From positions 100,851-164,850 of the forward strand of contig JAFUXF010000035.1 in NCBI GenBank assembly GCA_017477185.1: DNA of 64,000 nt. Reading direction: 5' to 3'. The position numbers and the translations under genes are program-made. The stretch comes from Alphaproteobacteria bacterium. Lineage in GTDB: Bacteria; Pseudomonadota; Alphaproteobacteria; RF32; CAG-239. This document shows, piece after piece, positions 40,209 through 50,027 of this stretch. The stretch's first letter is position 1. Every line of letters starts with the position of its first letter. Below the pieces are notes generated by a model. That model had not been told where the DNA came from, searched no databases, and saw only the letters and a list, made by a program, of their open reading frames with translations.

Positions 40209-41071
40209 ATAATGATGTTGCTAAAACATCTCCGGTCTTAATCTCTCCTCAAATTTGGCTGCCTCAGGTTTGGGTATATCGTATTATTGGCAATGCCCTT
40301 CTATTGAGTTTTATTTTTGTATGTGCCTTTACAATATTTACCATCAAATCAAACCTTATCGGAAAACAATTGGGTTCTTTAAGCAATCAATTTTACGCTT
40401 TCAGCGCAAATCTGGGTTTTAACGTCAATGATATTATTATCAATGGTCGTCACCACACCAGCAAAACCGAAATTTTAGAAGCAGTAGGAGCCGACCGACA
40501 AAGTAATATTATGCAGTTGGATTTACAGGAGCTTAAAGAACAAATAGAATCTTTACCATGGATACGCAAAGCAAATTTAAAACGAAGCTATTTCCCGAAC
40601 ATCTTGCAAATTGATATCCAAGAAAGAGAAGTTAAATCAATTTGGCAATTTGAAAATAACTTTTATCCTATAGACTCTGAAGGAAACATCATTGATGCAG
40701 ACTATTTGCCGACAGCACCTATTCTCCTTATCGTCGGAGCCGGAGCTCCCGAAAACATCAAAAATCTCATGCAAAGTATTCAGGATGATCTTGAAGTATT
40801 TGAAAGAATAAAAGTAGCAAATTTTATATCTAAACGCCGTTGGAATATTGTACTGGATGATATTGAAAACGGAATAACCATAAAATTACCCGAGAAAAAC
40901 ATCAAAAAGGCTTGGCAAAAATTATTAAAATTAAATAATTCCGTAGGTCTTCTTAAACGTAAATTAACTATCATCGACTTAAGATTAGAGGGAAAAGTGA
41001 TTGTTAAGTTACGTCAATCCGAACTTGATTCGCCGCAACAGCTTAAAGCACTTAAAGAACAAAAAATGTAA
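40175..41071 (+). CDS. ftsQ: Cell division protein FtsQ
   Basis: Single TM, POTRA (IESLPWI), IDLRLEGKVIV; start uncertain. Confidence 0.88.
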   Translation: MGNKTIRNKKINNDVAKTSPVLISPQIWLPQVWVYRIIGNALLLSFIFVCAFTIFTIKSNLIGKQLGSLSNQFYAFSANLGFNVNDIIINGRHHTSKTEILEAVGADRQSNIMQLDLQELKEQIESLPWIRKANLKRSYFPNILQIDIQEREVKSIWQFENNFYPIDSEGNIIDADYLPTAPILLIVGAGAPENIKNLMQSIQDDLEVFERIKVANFISKRRWNIVLDDIENGITIKLPEKNIKKAWQKLLKLNNSVGLLKRKLTIIDLRLEGKVIVKLRQSELDSPQQLKALKEQKM

Positions 41072-41085
41072 CCACGAGGGACAAA

Positions 41086-42339
41086 GTGACACACTCATTT
41101 AATCGTTATACCACTGTTTCTGCTTTAGACATCGGATCTTCTAAGATATGCTGCCTTATCGCAAAAATCAGTCGCGATAACAAAATCAACATTGTCGGTT
41201 ACGGCTATAATGCCTCGCAAGGAATAAAAAACGGCACAATCACCGACATAAACAAAGCAACCCTCTCTGTTTGTAATGCGGTAGAAAGCGCCGAGCAAAT
41301 GGCAAATGAACGCATTAATAATGTTATCATCAATGTTTCCGGCGAAAAAATAAAAAGCACCATAAAAGAAGCAACGATTGCAATTAACCGCAATCGTCCC
41401 GTAAATGATGTTGATATTGATAAGGTCATCGAAAAAGGAACAAACAAAATCAACGTTGAAGGAAATGAACTGATTCATTGTCTAACAACAGGCTATCGTT
41501 TGGATTTAGGAGAAGAGACAAAAGATCCTCACAATATATACGGCGAAAACTTATCTGTCAGAATTTTGCTAGGGTTGATTCCTGAAGTTCAGTACAAAAA
41601 TTTAGCCTCTGTTGTTGAAAACGCCCATTTAGAAATCACAAATAAAGCCTTTTCTGCGTATGTATCGGGATTATCCTGCTTGGTAGACGACGAAAAAGAC
41701 CTCGGTGCAACAATAATCGACATCGGCGGCGGCTGTACAAACATAGCTACTTTTCGCAATGGTTATCCTGTTTATTTTTCCAGTATTGCTGTCGGCGGTA
41801 ATAATATTACAAACGACATTGCTTGGGGATTAACCACATCGGCAACCCATGCAGAAAGACTAAAAACATTGCATGGATGTGCTTTTTTAACCAGCAAAGA
41901 TAAGGAAGAAAACATTAACGTTTATCCTGTTGGAGAAGAAGATGACACCCTCATTAAACAAGTTCCTAAGTCAGATTTAATTAACATTATAGCCCCTCGT
42001 GTTGAAGAAATGTTTGAACTGATTAACCATAAATTAGATGAACACGGTTTAAGGGGAGTCTCCAGCCATCGTGTTGTTTTGACGGGTGGGTGTTCTCAGC
42101 TTCCAGGAATCAGAGAAGTTGCCTCTCTTATTCTTGACAAACAAGTTCGTCTCGGTCGCCCCCGTAATAATTTAAATCTGCCCGAAAAGATTTATAGTCC
42201 TGAATTTTCAACGGCTATTGGTTTATTGTTGTTCAACGCAATTCAATCTGAAAAAAAGCCTCGAAAAATTTTACACAAAACAATTAATGGCAATAATAAA
42301 TTTTCACAAATATTAGATTGGCTGAAACAAAGTTTCTAA
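41086..42339 (+). CDS. ftsA: Cell division protein FtsA
   Basis: ALDIGSSKICCLI, IDIGGG, VVLTGGCSQL; GTG start. Confidence 0.95.
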   Translation: MTHSFNRYTTVSALDIGSSKICCLIAKISRDNKINIVGYGYNASQGIKNGTITDINKATLSVCNAVESAEQMANERINNVIINVSGEKIKSTIKEATIAINRNRPVNDVDIDKVIEKGTNKINVEGNELIHCLTTGYRLDLGEETKDPHNIYGENLSVRILLGLIPEVQYKNLASVVENAHLEITNKAFSAYVSGLSCLVDDEKDLGATIIDIGGGCTNIATFRNGYPVYFSSIAVGGNNITNDIAWGLTTSATHAERLKTLHGCAFLTSKDKEENINVYPVGEEDDTLIKQVPKSDLINIIAPRVEEMFELINHKLDEHGLRGVSSHRVVLTGGCSQLPGIREVASLILDKQVRLGRPRNNLNLPEKIYSPEFSTAIGLLLFNAIQSEKKPRKILHKTINGNNKFSQILDWLKQSF

Positions 42340-42341
42340 AT

Positions 42342-42370
42342 AAAAAGAGGTGCTTTAAGGCACCTCTTTT
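42342..42370. terminator. Bidirectional terminator between ftsA and pyrE
   Basis: aaaagaggtgc-tttaag-gcacctctttt. Confidence 0.8.
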
Positions 42371-42373
42371 TAT

Positions 42374-43009
42374 TTAATTCTGATGTTGTCCCCATGTTTC
42401 AGGAGACTTGCGCCACTCAGCAAGCCATGCTGTGTCCTCTTTCTTGACGAACCCTTGTTCAAGAGCAACCTCGAGCAATTCCGAATAATTCGTTATTGTC
42501 TTGAGTTCAACACCTGCCTCGGCAAATGCTTTCTCTGCCTGCGGAAACAGGTAACTAAAAATAGCGACCATACCGATAACCTCAGCACCGGCCTCACGCA
42601 AAACCTGAACAGCTTTCAAAGAAGAGCCGCCCGTTGAAATAAGATCTTCAACAACAATGACCTTCTTACCTTTCAGTCCAAGCGACTCAAAACCCTCAAT
42701 CTGAGTCTTAAGACCATGGTCTTTCTTTTCTGAACGAACATAACCAAAAGGCAAATTCAGCTCATCCGCCACCAAACCACCCCAAGCGATTGCTCCGGTG
42801 GCAACACCGATAATTGCATCAATTTCGATTACCTCAGGTATCAATTTGACCAGAGCATAAACAACTTTACTTCTCTGAATAGGATACGAGAGGACTTTAC
42901 GGTTGTTGCAATAAATCGGAGACTTCCAACCGGACGCCCAAGTAAAAGGAGCATTCGGAGATAATTTTACAGCTTGAATATCAAGCAGTAACGCAGCAAT
43001 TTCTTTCAT
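42374..43009 (-). CDS. pyrE: Orotate phosphoribosyltransferase, Bacteroidetes-type
   Basis: FTWASGWKSPIYC, PRPP motif VVEDLISTGGSS. Confidence 0.96.
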   Translation of the reverse strand: MKEIAALLLDIQAVKLSPNAPFTWASGWKSPIYCNNRKVLSYPIQRSKVVYALVKLIPEVIEIDAIIGVATGAIAWGGLVADELNLPFGYVRSEKKDHGLKTQIEGFESLGLKGKKVIVVEDLISTGGSSLKAVQVLREAGAEVIGMVAIFSYLFPQAEKAFAEAGVELKTITNYSELLEVALEQGFVKKEDTAWLAEWRKSPETWGQHQN

Positions 43010-43196
43010 AAGCAAAAGTTTTAGTTAATAAAAAAAGATAATAAACACAAATAATAAATACCCGAGCAAGAAAATATTTTATTAGGTCTGTTTTGTCAAC
43101 AAAAAACTTGATTTCTCTCAATCACTTGCTATACTGCCCGCAATAATCATATTAGTAATTAACTATTTTGTTCCACATTTTAAAATTATTCTGCTT

Positions 43197-44117
43197 ATGA
43201 CTTATTCTCAGTTAGTTGAAGAGATTTTTAAGAAAAAGTCTTTTCTGTGTGTCGGACTTGATTCTGATGACAACAAAATCCCCGAGTGTATCAAAGGTTC
43301 TACCAAGGCGGACACCTTATTTCGCTTTAATCGGAGTATCATTGATGCAACAGCACGTTATGCTGTAGCTTTTAAACCGAATGTTGCCTTTTACGAAAGC
43401 GAAGGAGCTGATGGTTGGAGAGCCTTGGAAGAAACCATTCGCTACATTAAGCAAAAGTACCCTGAGATTCTGGTTATTGCCGATGCCAAAAGAGGAGACA
43501 TCGGTAACACATCAGAGCGTTATGCAAAAGCCATTTTTGACCACTTGGGTGCCGATGCCGTCACGCTTGCTCCCTACATGGGCAAAGACAGTATATCACC
43601 ATTTTTAGCTCACAAAGAGAAGTGGTCTGTTATTCTGGCTTTAACCTCTAATGTAGGCAGTGAAGACTTTCAGATGCTTTCTTGTTTTGATGACGATATA
43701 ACGGCTCCGCAAATATGTTGCTCCAAGAGGGGAAAATTGTCTCTGACAAACGTAACTGAAAAAGGAGAATTAACTCCGCTGTATGAACGTGTACTGGAAA
43801 CAGCCTCTTCTTGGGGGAGTAAAGACAATACAATGTTTGTTGTCGGTGCTACTCATGCAGAAATGCTAACCAATGTACGCAAAATCGTTCCCTCTCATTT
43901 CTTGCTTGTCCCCGGCGTAGGGGCACAAGGTGGAAGTCTGGAAGAAGTTTCAGAATATGGAATGACAGCAGAGTGCGGACTACTGGTTAACTCATCTCGC
44001 GGCATCATCTATGCCGGAAATGATGAATACTTCGCCTGTGCTGCTGAAGCAAAAGCTGCCGAATTACAAAAACAAATGGCAACTTTACTTTATCGCTACA
44101 GCAAACTGTACAAGTAA
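43197..44117 (+). CDS. pyrF: OMP decarboxylase, subfamily 2, Bacteroidetes-type
   Basis: FLCVGLD, KPNVAFYE, IADAKRGDIGNT, LVPGVGAQGG, NSSRGII. Confidence 0.96.
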   Translation: MTYSQLVEEIFKKKSFLCVGLDSDDNKIPECIKGSTKADTLFRFNRSIIDATARYAVAFKPNVAFYESEGADGWRALEETIRYIKQKYPEILVIADAKRGDIGNTSERYAKAIFDHLGADAVTLAPYMGKDSISPFLAHKEKWSVILALTSNVGSEDFQMLSCFDDDITAPQICCSKRGKLSLTNVTEKGELTPLYERVLETASSWGSKDNTMFVVGATHAEMLTNVRKIVPSHFLLVPGVGAQGGSLEEVSEYGMTAECGLLVNSSRGIIYAGNDEYFACAAEAKAAELQKQMATLLYRYSKLYK

Positions 44118-44152
44118 TGACAATCAAAAGCCTCCTTAACGGAGGCTTTTTT

Positions 44153-44361
44153 ATGGCGCGCTTTTCATTTTGCTCCGCAAAATCGGCAAGATTGTTCCGC
44201 TACAGCTCCACTCTCCTCCTTCATTTGCGGCATTGCCGCTCACCGGCGGGTTTCCCACCCGCCTTTCAGTCGTCGTCGAACTCACTTCCTGTGAGTTCAA
44301 ATCCCTGTCGAGCGTCTCTTATTAACAACAAAACCCTCCACAAGGAGGGCTTTATTGTTAA
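44153..44361 (-). mobile_element. tRNA-Arg-associated miniature element built from tRNA T-arm/acceptor fragments
   Basis: Inverted tRNA 3' copy at 44290-44316; split direct copy at 44276-44285, 44183-44193 and 44153-44162; hairpins at 44127-44150 and 44322-44361. Confidence 0.65.
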
Positions 44362-44438
44362 TGGCGCGCTCGGCGGGATTCGAACTCACAACCTTCTGAT
44401 CCGTAGTCAGATGCTCTATCCAATTGAGCTACGAGCGC
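44362..44438 (-). tRNA. tRNA-Arg(ACG)
   Basis: GCGCTCGTAGCTCAATTGGATAGAGCATCTGACTACGGATCAGAAGGTTGTGAGTTCGAATCCCGCCGAGCGCGCCA. Confidence 0.97.
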
Positions 44439-44658
44439 ATCTCGTAAATACGAAGATAGTTACTAAACTATTTTAAAATATTTTGCAAGCAAAATTTTAC
44501 ACAATTTAAAAGAATTTTAAACTATTTCCCATATGCTTCTCTCAAAGAGAGATTATATTATCACAAAGTGCAGATTTTTCACAAAATTTGCTTTACAAAT
44601 AAATCCTCTCGTGGCAAAAATAATACAGATTTAATTATTTACTGAAGGTATTGCTCAG

Positions 44659-45774
44659 ATGAAAAACGTCGTTCGCAATTTATCAATATTATCATGTTCT
44701 TTATTGCTTTTAAACGCTTGCGCCTCAGATTCTCCATTTCGTTCCTTATTCGGAAGAGATGCATCTACGGACTACAGCAAAAGTGATTTACCTAAGTTAG
44801 GTTCTACGAATTTCAAACCGATCAGCATTTCCAGAGTCGGTAATACAGGAACATTAGTCGGGCAAAAAGTAATTGCCTATCGTGATGAACTGACAAAACT
44901 TCAAGATTCAATTGAAAAGAACAATTCTGAACTCCAAAAAGTTCGCTCTTCTGTTATTGATAATGCAATAGAATATCACAACACAACTGCCGCCATGGAA
45001 GCTAAATTACAAGTCGGAACAACACCCGGCAACCCTATTATGTATCAAATGTTACAAAAAACTCAAGGCAACGTTGTTGTTATGGATGAAAATGCCAATA
45101 CTTTAAATAAAATTTATAACCAAGCCGTTTCTGATATGTCTGTTGTCAATAACTTGCAAGATTCTATCCGTGCCACTTATAGTGTTTCCGGTGCCGTTGA
45201 CGAAGATCACACTCAACTTCGCACTTTAGAAAACGAAACCAGTCAAACCGCTATTTTGATTAACAGCCTGCTTTCCGAAGTCGGAAGCGACTATAATCGC
45301 CAATTAGAATACACAAATACGGCACGTCAAGATCTATCTAAGTTAGATCGGATTATCAAAATCGGAAGCTATGGTGTCAATAACACCCCTTTACCGACGG
45401 CTCCTGTTACAAGAAGCTACCTGCCTTTGCACAAGCAAAGTAGTCAGCCCGCCGTAAAACCGCATCACACAAATAATAACGTTAGCGGAAAGCCACTTTT
45501 TGTTGCAAAATTTAATCGTGAAAATGTTAATTATAAAGATAGTCTCAATCGCACAATTAAGGCGGCACAAAGTAAGAACGGCGGCTTTCGGTACGATGTT
45601 GTTGCGGTAACACCAATGAATGCTTCTGCTAATATTCGGAACTTAGCCCAAGATCAAGCAGCTCATTTTTTTGAAGAGATGACTAAAGCAGGTGTCAGCC
45701 CAGAAAAAATTGATTTACTGTCAAAAACCTCTGAGACAGCAACAGGCGCGGAAGTTCAAGTTTTTGTAAAATAA
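44659..45774 (+). CDS. Hypothetical lipoprotein with coiled-coil core
   Basis: Lipobox LNAC; GTTPGNP motif; 371 aa. Confidence 0.75.
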   Translation: MKNVVRNLSILSCSLLLLNACASDSPFRSLFGRDASTDYSKSDLPKLGSTNFKPISISRVGNTGTLVGQKVIAYRDELTKLQDSIEKNNSELQKVRSSVIDNAIEYHNTTAAMEAKLQVGTTPGNPIMYQMLQKTQGNVVVMDENANTLNKIYNQAVSDMSVVNNLQDSIRATYSVSGAVDEDHTQLRTLENETSQTAILINSLLSEVGSDYNRQLEYTNTARQDLSKLDRIIKIGSYGVNNTPLPTAPVTRSYLPLHKQSSQPAVKPHHTNNNVSGKPLFVAKFNRENVNYKDSLNRTIKAAQSKNGGFRYDVVAVTPMNASANIRNLAQDQAAHFFEEMTKAGVSPEKIDLLSKTSETATGAEVQVFVK

Positions 45775-45810
45775 TTTATAGAAATGAAAAACCTCCTTGC
45801 GGAGGTTTTT

Positions 45811-46284
45811 TTATGTTTGCAAATAGTGTTGTATAATTTTACTAAACTTATCGACAACAATTTGATAAATTTTTTGCTTAAAATCGACAACCTTTTGGGG
45901 CACTTGGGTAATATCAACCCATTCATAAGAGCGGAATTCTGCCTCATCGGTATTCAAATTTATTTCTTTATCTTGCCCTGTAAAATAAAACAAATGCCAA
46001 TATTGCTCTTGTCCATCATTATTTCGCTCTGGATGACGATTTTTAACTTCTGGAGGAAAATCATATCGTAAAGGCTCTTGTAATGATGCAACAAACGTAA
46101 CGGAGACAACAGATGTTTCCTCTCTTAACTCACGCACAGCAGCCTGCAGGGGTGTTTCTCCTTTATCGATTCCCCCTTGAGGAAACTGCCATCGCTTAGG
46201 ATAATTTTCAACACGTTCGCACAACAAAACCTTACCGTCCTTGCGAAACAACACAATACCGGCATTAGGACGATATTTTTTCAT
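45811..46284 (-). CDS. rppH: RNA pyrophosphohydrolase (Nudix)
   Basis: YRPNAG, WQFPQGGIDKGETPLQAAVRELREET, GQEQYW; start ATG 46284. Confidence 0.9.
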   Translation of the reverse strand: MKKYRPNAGIVLFRKDGKVLLCERVENYPKRWQFPQGGIDKGETPLQAAVRELREETSVVSVTFVASLQEPLRYDFPPEVKNRHPERNNDGQEQYWHLFYFTGQDKEINLNTDEAEFRSYEWVDITQVPQKVVDFKQKIYQIVVDKFSKIIQHYLQT

Positions 46285-46285
46285 T

Positions 46286-47488
46286 TTAATATTCTCCGAC
46301 AAGATTCGATAACGGAACCAAAATTAACGGCTTTTCAAACTCAAGAACATTTTGAGCTTTCATTTCTTCATAAGTTAGCTGTTTTGAAAACGTTTTAAGC
46401 CACTCTGCTACGGACAAAATGGCAACAGGTTTAGGATCAACCACAATAACCACACTACCGTTTAAATAAGCAATTTGTTCAGCCTCTGCTAATTGTGCTT
46501 TAATTTCCTTACGATTAAAAGCACTATCAACAACAATATCCGCTTTTACCCTATCCAAACCGGCAACATTATTTTTAGCAATATTTTTTCCCTGTGTCGC
46601 ATCAAGCATCAGTAATCCACGCTGTTTTAACATCGCCATAATCGCTTGAAAATAATCATCATACACAGCATCATCTAAACCGTCACAAATGGTAAATCCT
46701 CCAACGGCAATATTTCTGGCCAAAAGCTGTTCCAACATATCAATATTTTCTTGAACACTACGACTAAAATCTAATGCCCATGGTCCGGAATCCGTCCGTA
46801 AATAGTCTCGTGAAGGAAGAATCATATCCATATATGTCTCATGCCCATTCTCACGAGCAGTTTTCACAAGTTCATCTAAACCGGCAGCATATGGTGAAAA
46901 CGACAAAGAAACATTTTCAGGAAGACGCTGAATAATTAAATCTGCATTAACCCTATTGATGCCCATATTTTTAACCACAACAACAACTTTATAAAACATA
47001 GGCATCACATCAACTTTACGTCCGTAAACCTCCCACGCCCGCATAGGACCAATTTGAACCGGAAGTTTTAATTGTTTTTCTTTAACCTGCAAAATTTCAT
47101 CAAACGGCGTTGTATGAGACAAAGGTTCTGTGGTATCTCGTGCGGCTAATCTGGCCAAAAAGGGAATATCTAACTCATTTAATTTTTCACTATTTGTTTT
47201 TGGCTTTACTTGATTTTCTTCTTCTATTTTAGCTTCTTTTTTTTGAGGCAATAACGCAATATCATCTTCCGAAACCTCCTCAACCTTTTTTTCCGGCAAA
47301 GTCATCACAAATTTAGGAGATTTATCTTTAGTATCAAACATAATTTGCTCAGCCTTTGTTGCAAATTCAGGTTGACTTTTTTGGCTGGCAAAAAACAATC
47401 CGGCAAAAATCATTATTCCTATCAAAATAGGGATAATCAGGAAAAATTGTTTTATTTTATTCAAATATTTAAGAATAAGTTTAACCAA
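46286..47488 (-). CDS. Divergent polysaccharide deacetylase family protein
   Basis: LSFSPYA, ARENGHE, GPWAL; TTG start; conserved position after ctpA. Confidence 0.85.
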   Translation of the reverse strand: MVKLILKYLNKIKQFFLIIPILIGIMIFAGLFFASQKSQPEFATKAEQIMFDTKDKSPKFVMTLPEKKVEEVSEDDIALLPQKKEAKIEEENQVKPKTNSEKLNELDIPFLARLAARDTTEPLSHTTPFDEILQVKEKQLKLPVQIGPMRAWEVYGRKVDVMPMFYKVVVVVKNMGINRVNADLIIQRLPENVSLSFSPYAAGLDELVKTARENGHETYMDMILPSRDYLRTDSGPWALDFSRSVQENIDMLEQLLARNIAVGGFTICDGLDDAVYDDYFQAIMAMLKQRGLLMLDATQGKNIAKNNVAGLDRVKADIVVDSAFNRKEIKAQLAEAEQIAYLNGSVVIVVDPKPVAILSVAEWLKTFSKQLTYEEMKAQNVLEFEKPLILVPLSNLVGEY

Positions 47489-47499
47489 AGAACTCTCCT

Positions 47500-48771
47500 C
47501 TATTGTTGTGTATAAATCCCCAGAGCTTTAACTAAATCAACCGCCCGAGACAATTGATAATCGTTCTCCAACTCATTGTCATTTTGAGCTTTCTGATTAG
47601 ATTTATTATCAGCAAGCGTATCATTTTTCAAGGCATTTTTCAATTCAGCCTCACTTCGCTCATACTCATTCTCAATGACTTCGACTTTTGCCGGCTTAAC
47701 CAAAACATCAGGCTCAATCCCTTTAGCTTGAATAGACCGCCCTGACGGTGTATAATAACGAGCTGTTGTCAAACGCATAGCACCATAATTTGCCAGAGGT
47801 ATCAAAGTTTGCACCGAACCTTTACCAAATGATTTTTCACCCAAGATAACCGCTCGTTTATGATCTTGCAACGCACCGGCTACAATCTCTGAAGCAGAAG
47901 CTGAACCGTCATTAATTAAAACGACGATTGGCAAACCACCCAAAACATCTCCCTCTTTTGCCGAATACTTAACATTATCCTCTTCATTACGAGAGCGGGT
48001 GGAAACAATTTCACCTTTATCTAAAAATAAATCAGAAACCGCAACAGCTTGATCTAACAATCCTCCCGGATTATTGCGTAAATCCAAAACCAAACCTTTT
48101 GCCTTATTTTTCAGTTTCTTTTGTGAATTGGCAACAGCTTTTTTGACCATTGTATCAACATCTTCGTTAAAAGAAGAAATCCGGACATAAATCACATCAT
48201 CCCCTTTAATTTCATCCTTAACAGACTGAATTTTTATTTCATCTCGCTTCAATGTAACATCAAAAGGTTTCTCATTCGGGCGACGAATTTGCAACTTAAC
48301 TTTTGTACCTAATTTTCCACGCATTTTACTAACGGCTTCATCAAGAGTCATGCCCATAACTTGCTCGCCATCAATCATCGTAATATAATCTCCGGGTTTA
48401 ATTCCTGCTTTTTGCGCCGGATTACCATCAATCGGAGACACAACCTTAACGACACCGCCTTCCATCGTTACTTCAATTCCCAAGCCGCCAAATTTTCCCT
48501 TTGTTTGCTCCGTCATATACTTAAAACTTTTTTCATCCAAATAGCTTGAATGCGGATCCAAGGCCGACAGCATACCGTTTATAGCCGACTCAATTAATTT
48601 TTTATCTGTAACTTCTTCAACATAAGATGTTTTGGTTTTTTCCATAACATCCCCAAACAAATTCAGAAGTTCATAAACATTTGCCTCTTCTTTTGTCTTT
48701 GCACTGGCAACATCAACCAATGAAAAACTAAAAACAAATGCTATTCCTAATAAAAATATTTTTTTCATCAC
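47500..48771 (-). CDS. ctpA: S41 carboxy-terminal protease
   Basis: LDPHSSY, PDZ GLGIEV, DLRNNPGGLL, SASASEIVAGALQD, SFGKGSVQ. Confidence 0.95.
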   Translation of the reverse strand: MMKKIFLLGIAFVFSFSLVDVASAKTKEEANVYELLNLFGDVMEKTKTSYVEEVTDKKLIESAINGMLSALDPHSSYLDEKSFKYMTEQTKGKFGGLGIEVTMEGGVVKVVSPIDGNPAQKAGIKPGDYITMIDGEQVMGMTLDEAVSKMRGKLGTKVKLQIRRPNEKPFDVTLKRDEIKIQSVKDEIKGDDVIYVRISSFNEDVDTMVKKAVANSQKKLKNKAKGLVLDLRNNPGGLLDQAVAVSDLFLDKGEIVSTRSRNEEDNVKYSAKEGDVLGGLPIVVLINDGSASASEIVAGALQDHKRAVILGEKSFGKGSVQTLIPLANYGAMRLTTARYYTPSGRSIQAKGIEPDVLVKPAKVEVIENEYERSEAELKNALKNDTLADNKSNQKAQNDNELENDYQLSRAVDLVKALGIYTQQ

Positions 48772-48790
48772 TCAAGTTCCATTTTTATAA

Positions 48791-50020
48791 TTATTTTTCA
48801 AACCACGATTCGGGATTAATCGGTTGATTATCCTTTCTCAGTTCTATATACAACTTAGCATTACCACCGGCCGGCATTAACCCGATTGGCTCTCCGGCTA
48901 ATAGCATCTGACCGGTCTCACAATCAATATTATCCAAACCGGCAAGCAGCGAGGTATACCCTTTACCATGTTCAATAATAATAAGATTTCCATACCCCCT
49001 AAACGGACCTGAGAATAAAACAGATCCATCAAACGGTGCAATAACTTGCGCACGTCCTCGTGTTTTAATTGACATACCTTTAGACGTTACGCCTTTTGCC
49101 GTTTCCTGCCCATAGCGAGAAACAATCGTTCCCCGCACAGGCTGAGGTAAAGTCCCCTTGGCTTTGATAAAACCGAGTCCTGTCTCATTTATAATCTCTG
49201 GATCAAATTTAATCAAGTCAGCAGTTTCTGCCTGTTCAGACTTTTTACCGGAAAGAATTTTTCGTTTAGCTTCTTCCGCCATTTGCCGCCGCTTAGCTTC
49301 TCTATCTTGTTCTAATTTTACTAACAACTCTCGTAAATCTTGAGCCTGTCCCGCTAATTTAGCAATATTTTTGCGGGTCTCCATTGATTTCTTAGAAACT
49401 TGCAGCTGATATTTACTCTTCGTTTCTGCCAAGACTTTCATTTGGGCATGCTGCCGTTCTAACTGTCCTTGTCGAACCATAATCTGCTTAACCTGTTTTT
49501 CAATTACAGCCTTTTTACTGTTCAAAACCGCCAATTCCTGTTTAATTAACTCAGCTTGAGCCTCCAAATACGGAACTGTTTCCCGCAACATCATAGCACT
49601 ACGCACAATATCTACGGGAGACAACGGCTGAACAAACAACGCCTCTGTCGGTTTTAATGCCAAACTTTGTAAAGCAGAAATAGTTTGCACTAAATTTTTA
49701 TCTCGCAACAATAACCTGTTTTGGGTATTTTGATAATCTTCCTCAAGATTTTTAAGACGAGCTTCCATTTGCGATAACGATTCTTCATTATTCTGAATCA
49801 TTTTAGCTGCCTCAATCATTTCTCGATTAACTTTTTTCAATTCTTGAGATGTTTTCTCGGCTTCTTTTTCCAAACGTTTTTGTTCTAATGTTTGTTGCTG
49901 AACTTGTTTTTCTACCTGATCCAAATCCGAACGGGAAACTTCTGCACGAACGACGCCGCCGCTCATCAACATTCCGCTGATGATAACATATAAAAAAATC
50001 ATTCGTGCAGATAGACTCAT
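48791..50020 (-). CDS. envC: Murein hydrolase activator EnvC (M23, coiled coil)
   Basis: Long coiled coil, YGNLIIIEHG, LYIELRK; position between gpmI and ctpA. Confidence 0.88.
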   Translation of the reverse strand: MSLSARMIFLYVIISGMLMSGGVVRAEVSRSDLDQVEKQVQQQTLEQKRLEKEAEKTSQELKKVNREMIEAAKMIQNNEESLSQMEARLKNLEEDYQNTQNRLLLRDKNLVQTISALQSLALKPTEALFVQPLSPVDIVRSAMMLRETVPYLEAQAELIKQELAVLNSKKAVIEKQVKQIMVRQGQLERQHAQMKVLAETKSKYQLQVSKKSMETRKNIAKLAGQAQDLRELLVKLEQDREAKRRQMAEEAKRKILSGKKSEQAETADLIKFDPEIINETGLGFIKAKGTLPQPVRGTIVSRYGQETAKGVTSKGMSIKTRGRAQVIAPFDGSVLFSGPFRGYGNLIIIEHGKGYTSLLAGLDNIDCETGQMLLAGEPIGLMPAGGNAKLYIELRKDNQPINPESWFEK

Positions 50021-50027
50021 ATATTGC

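Noticed and set aside
44117-44476. 119-aa plus-strand ORF after pyrF
   Set aside because: Reads through the repeat element and antisense tRNA-Arg
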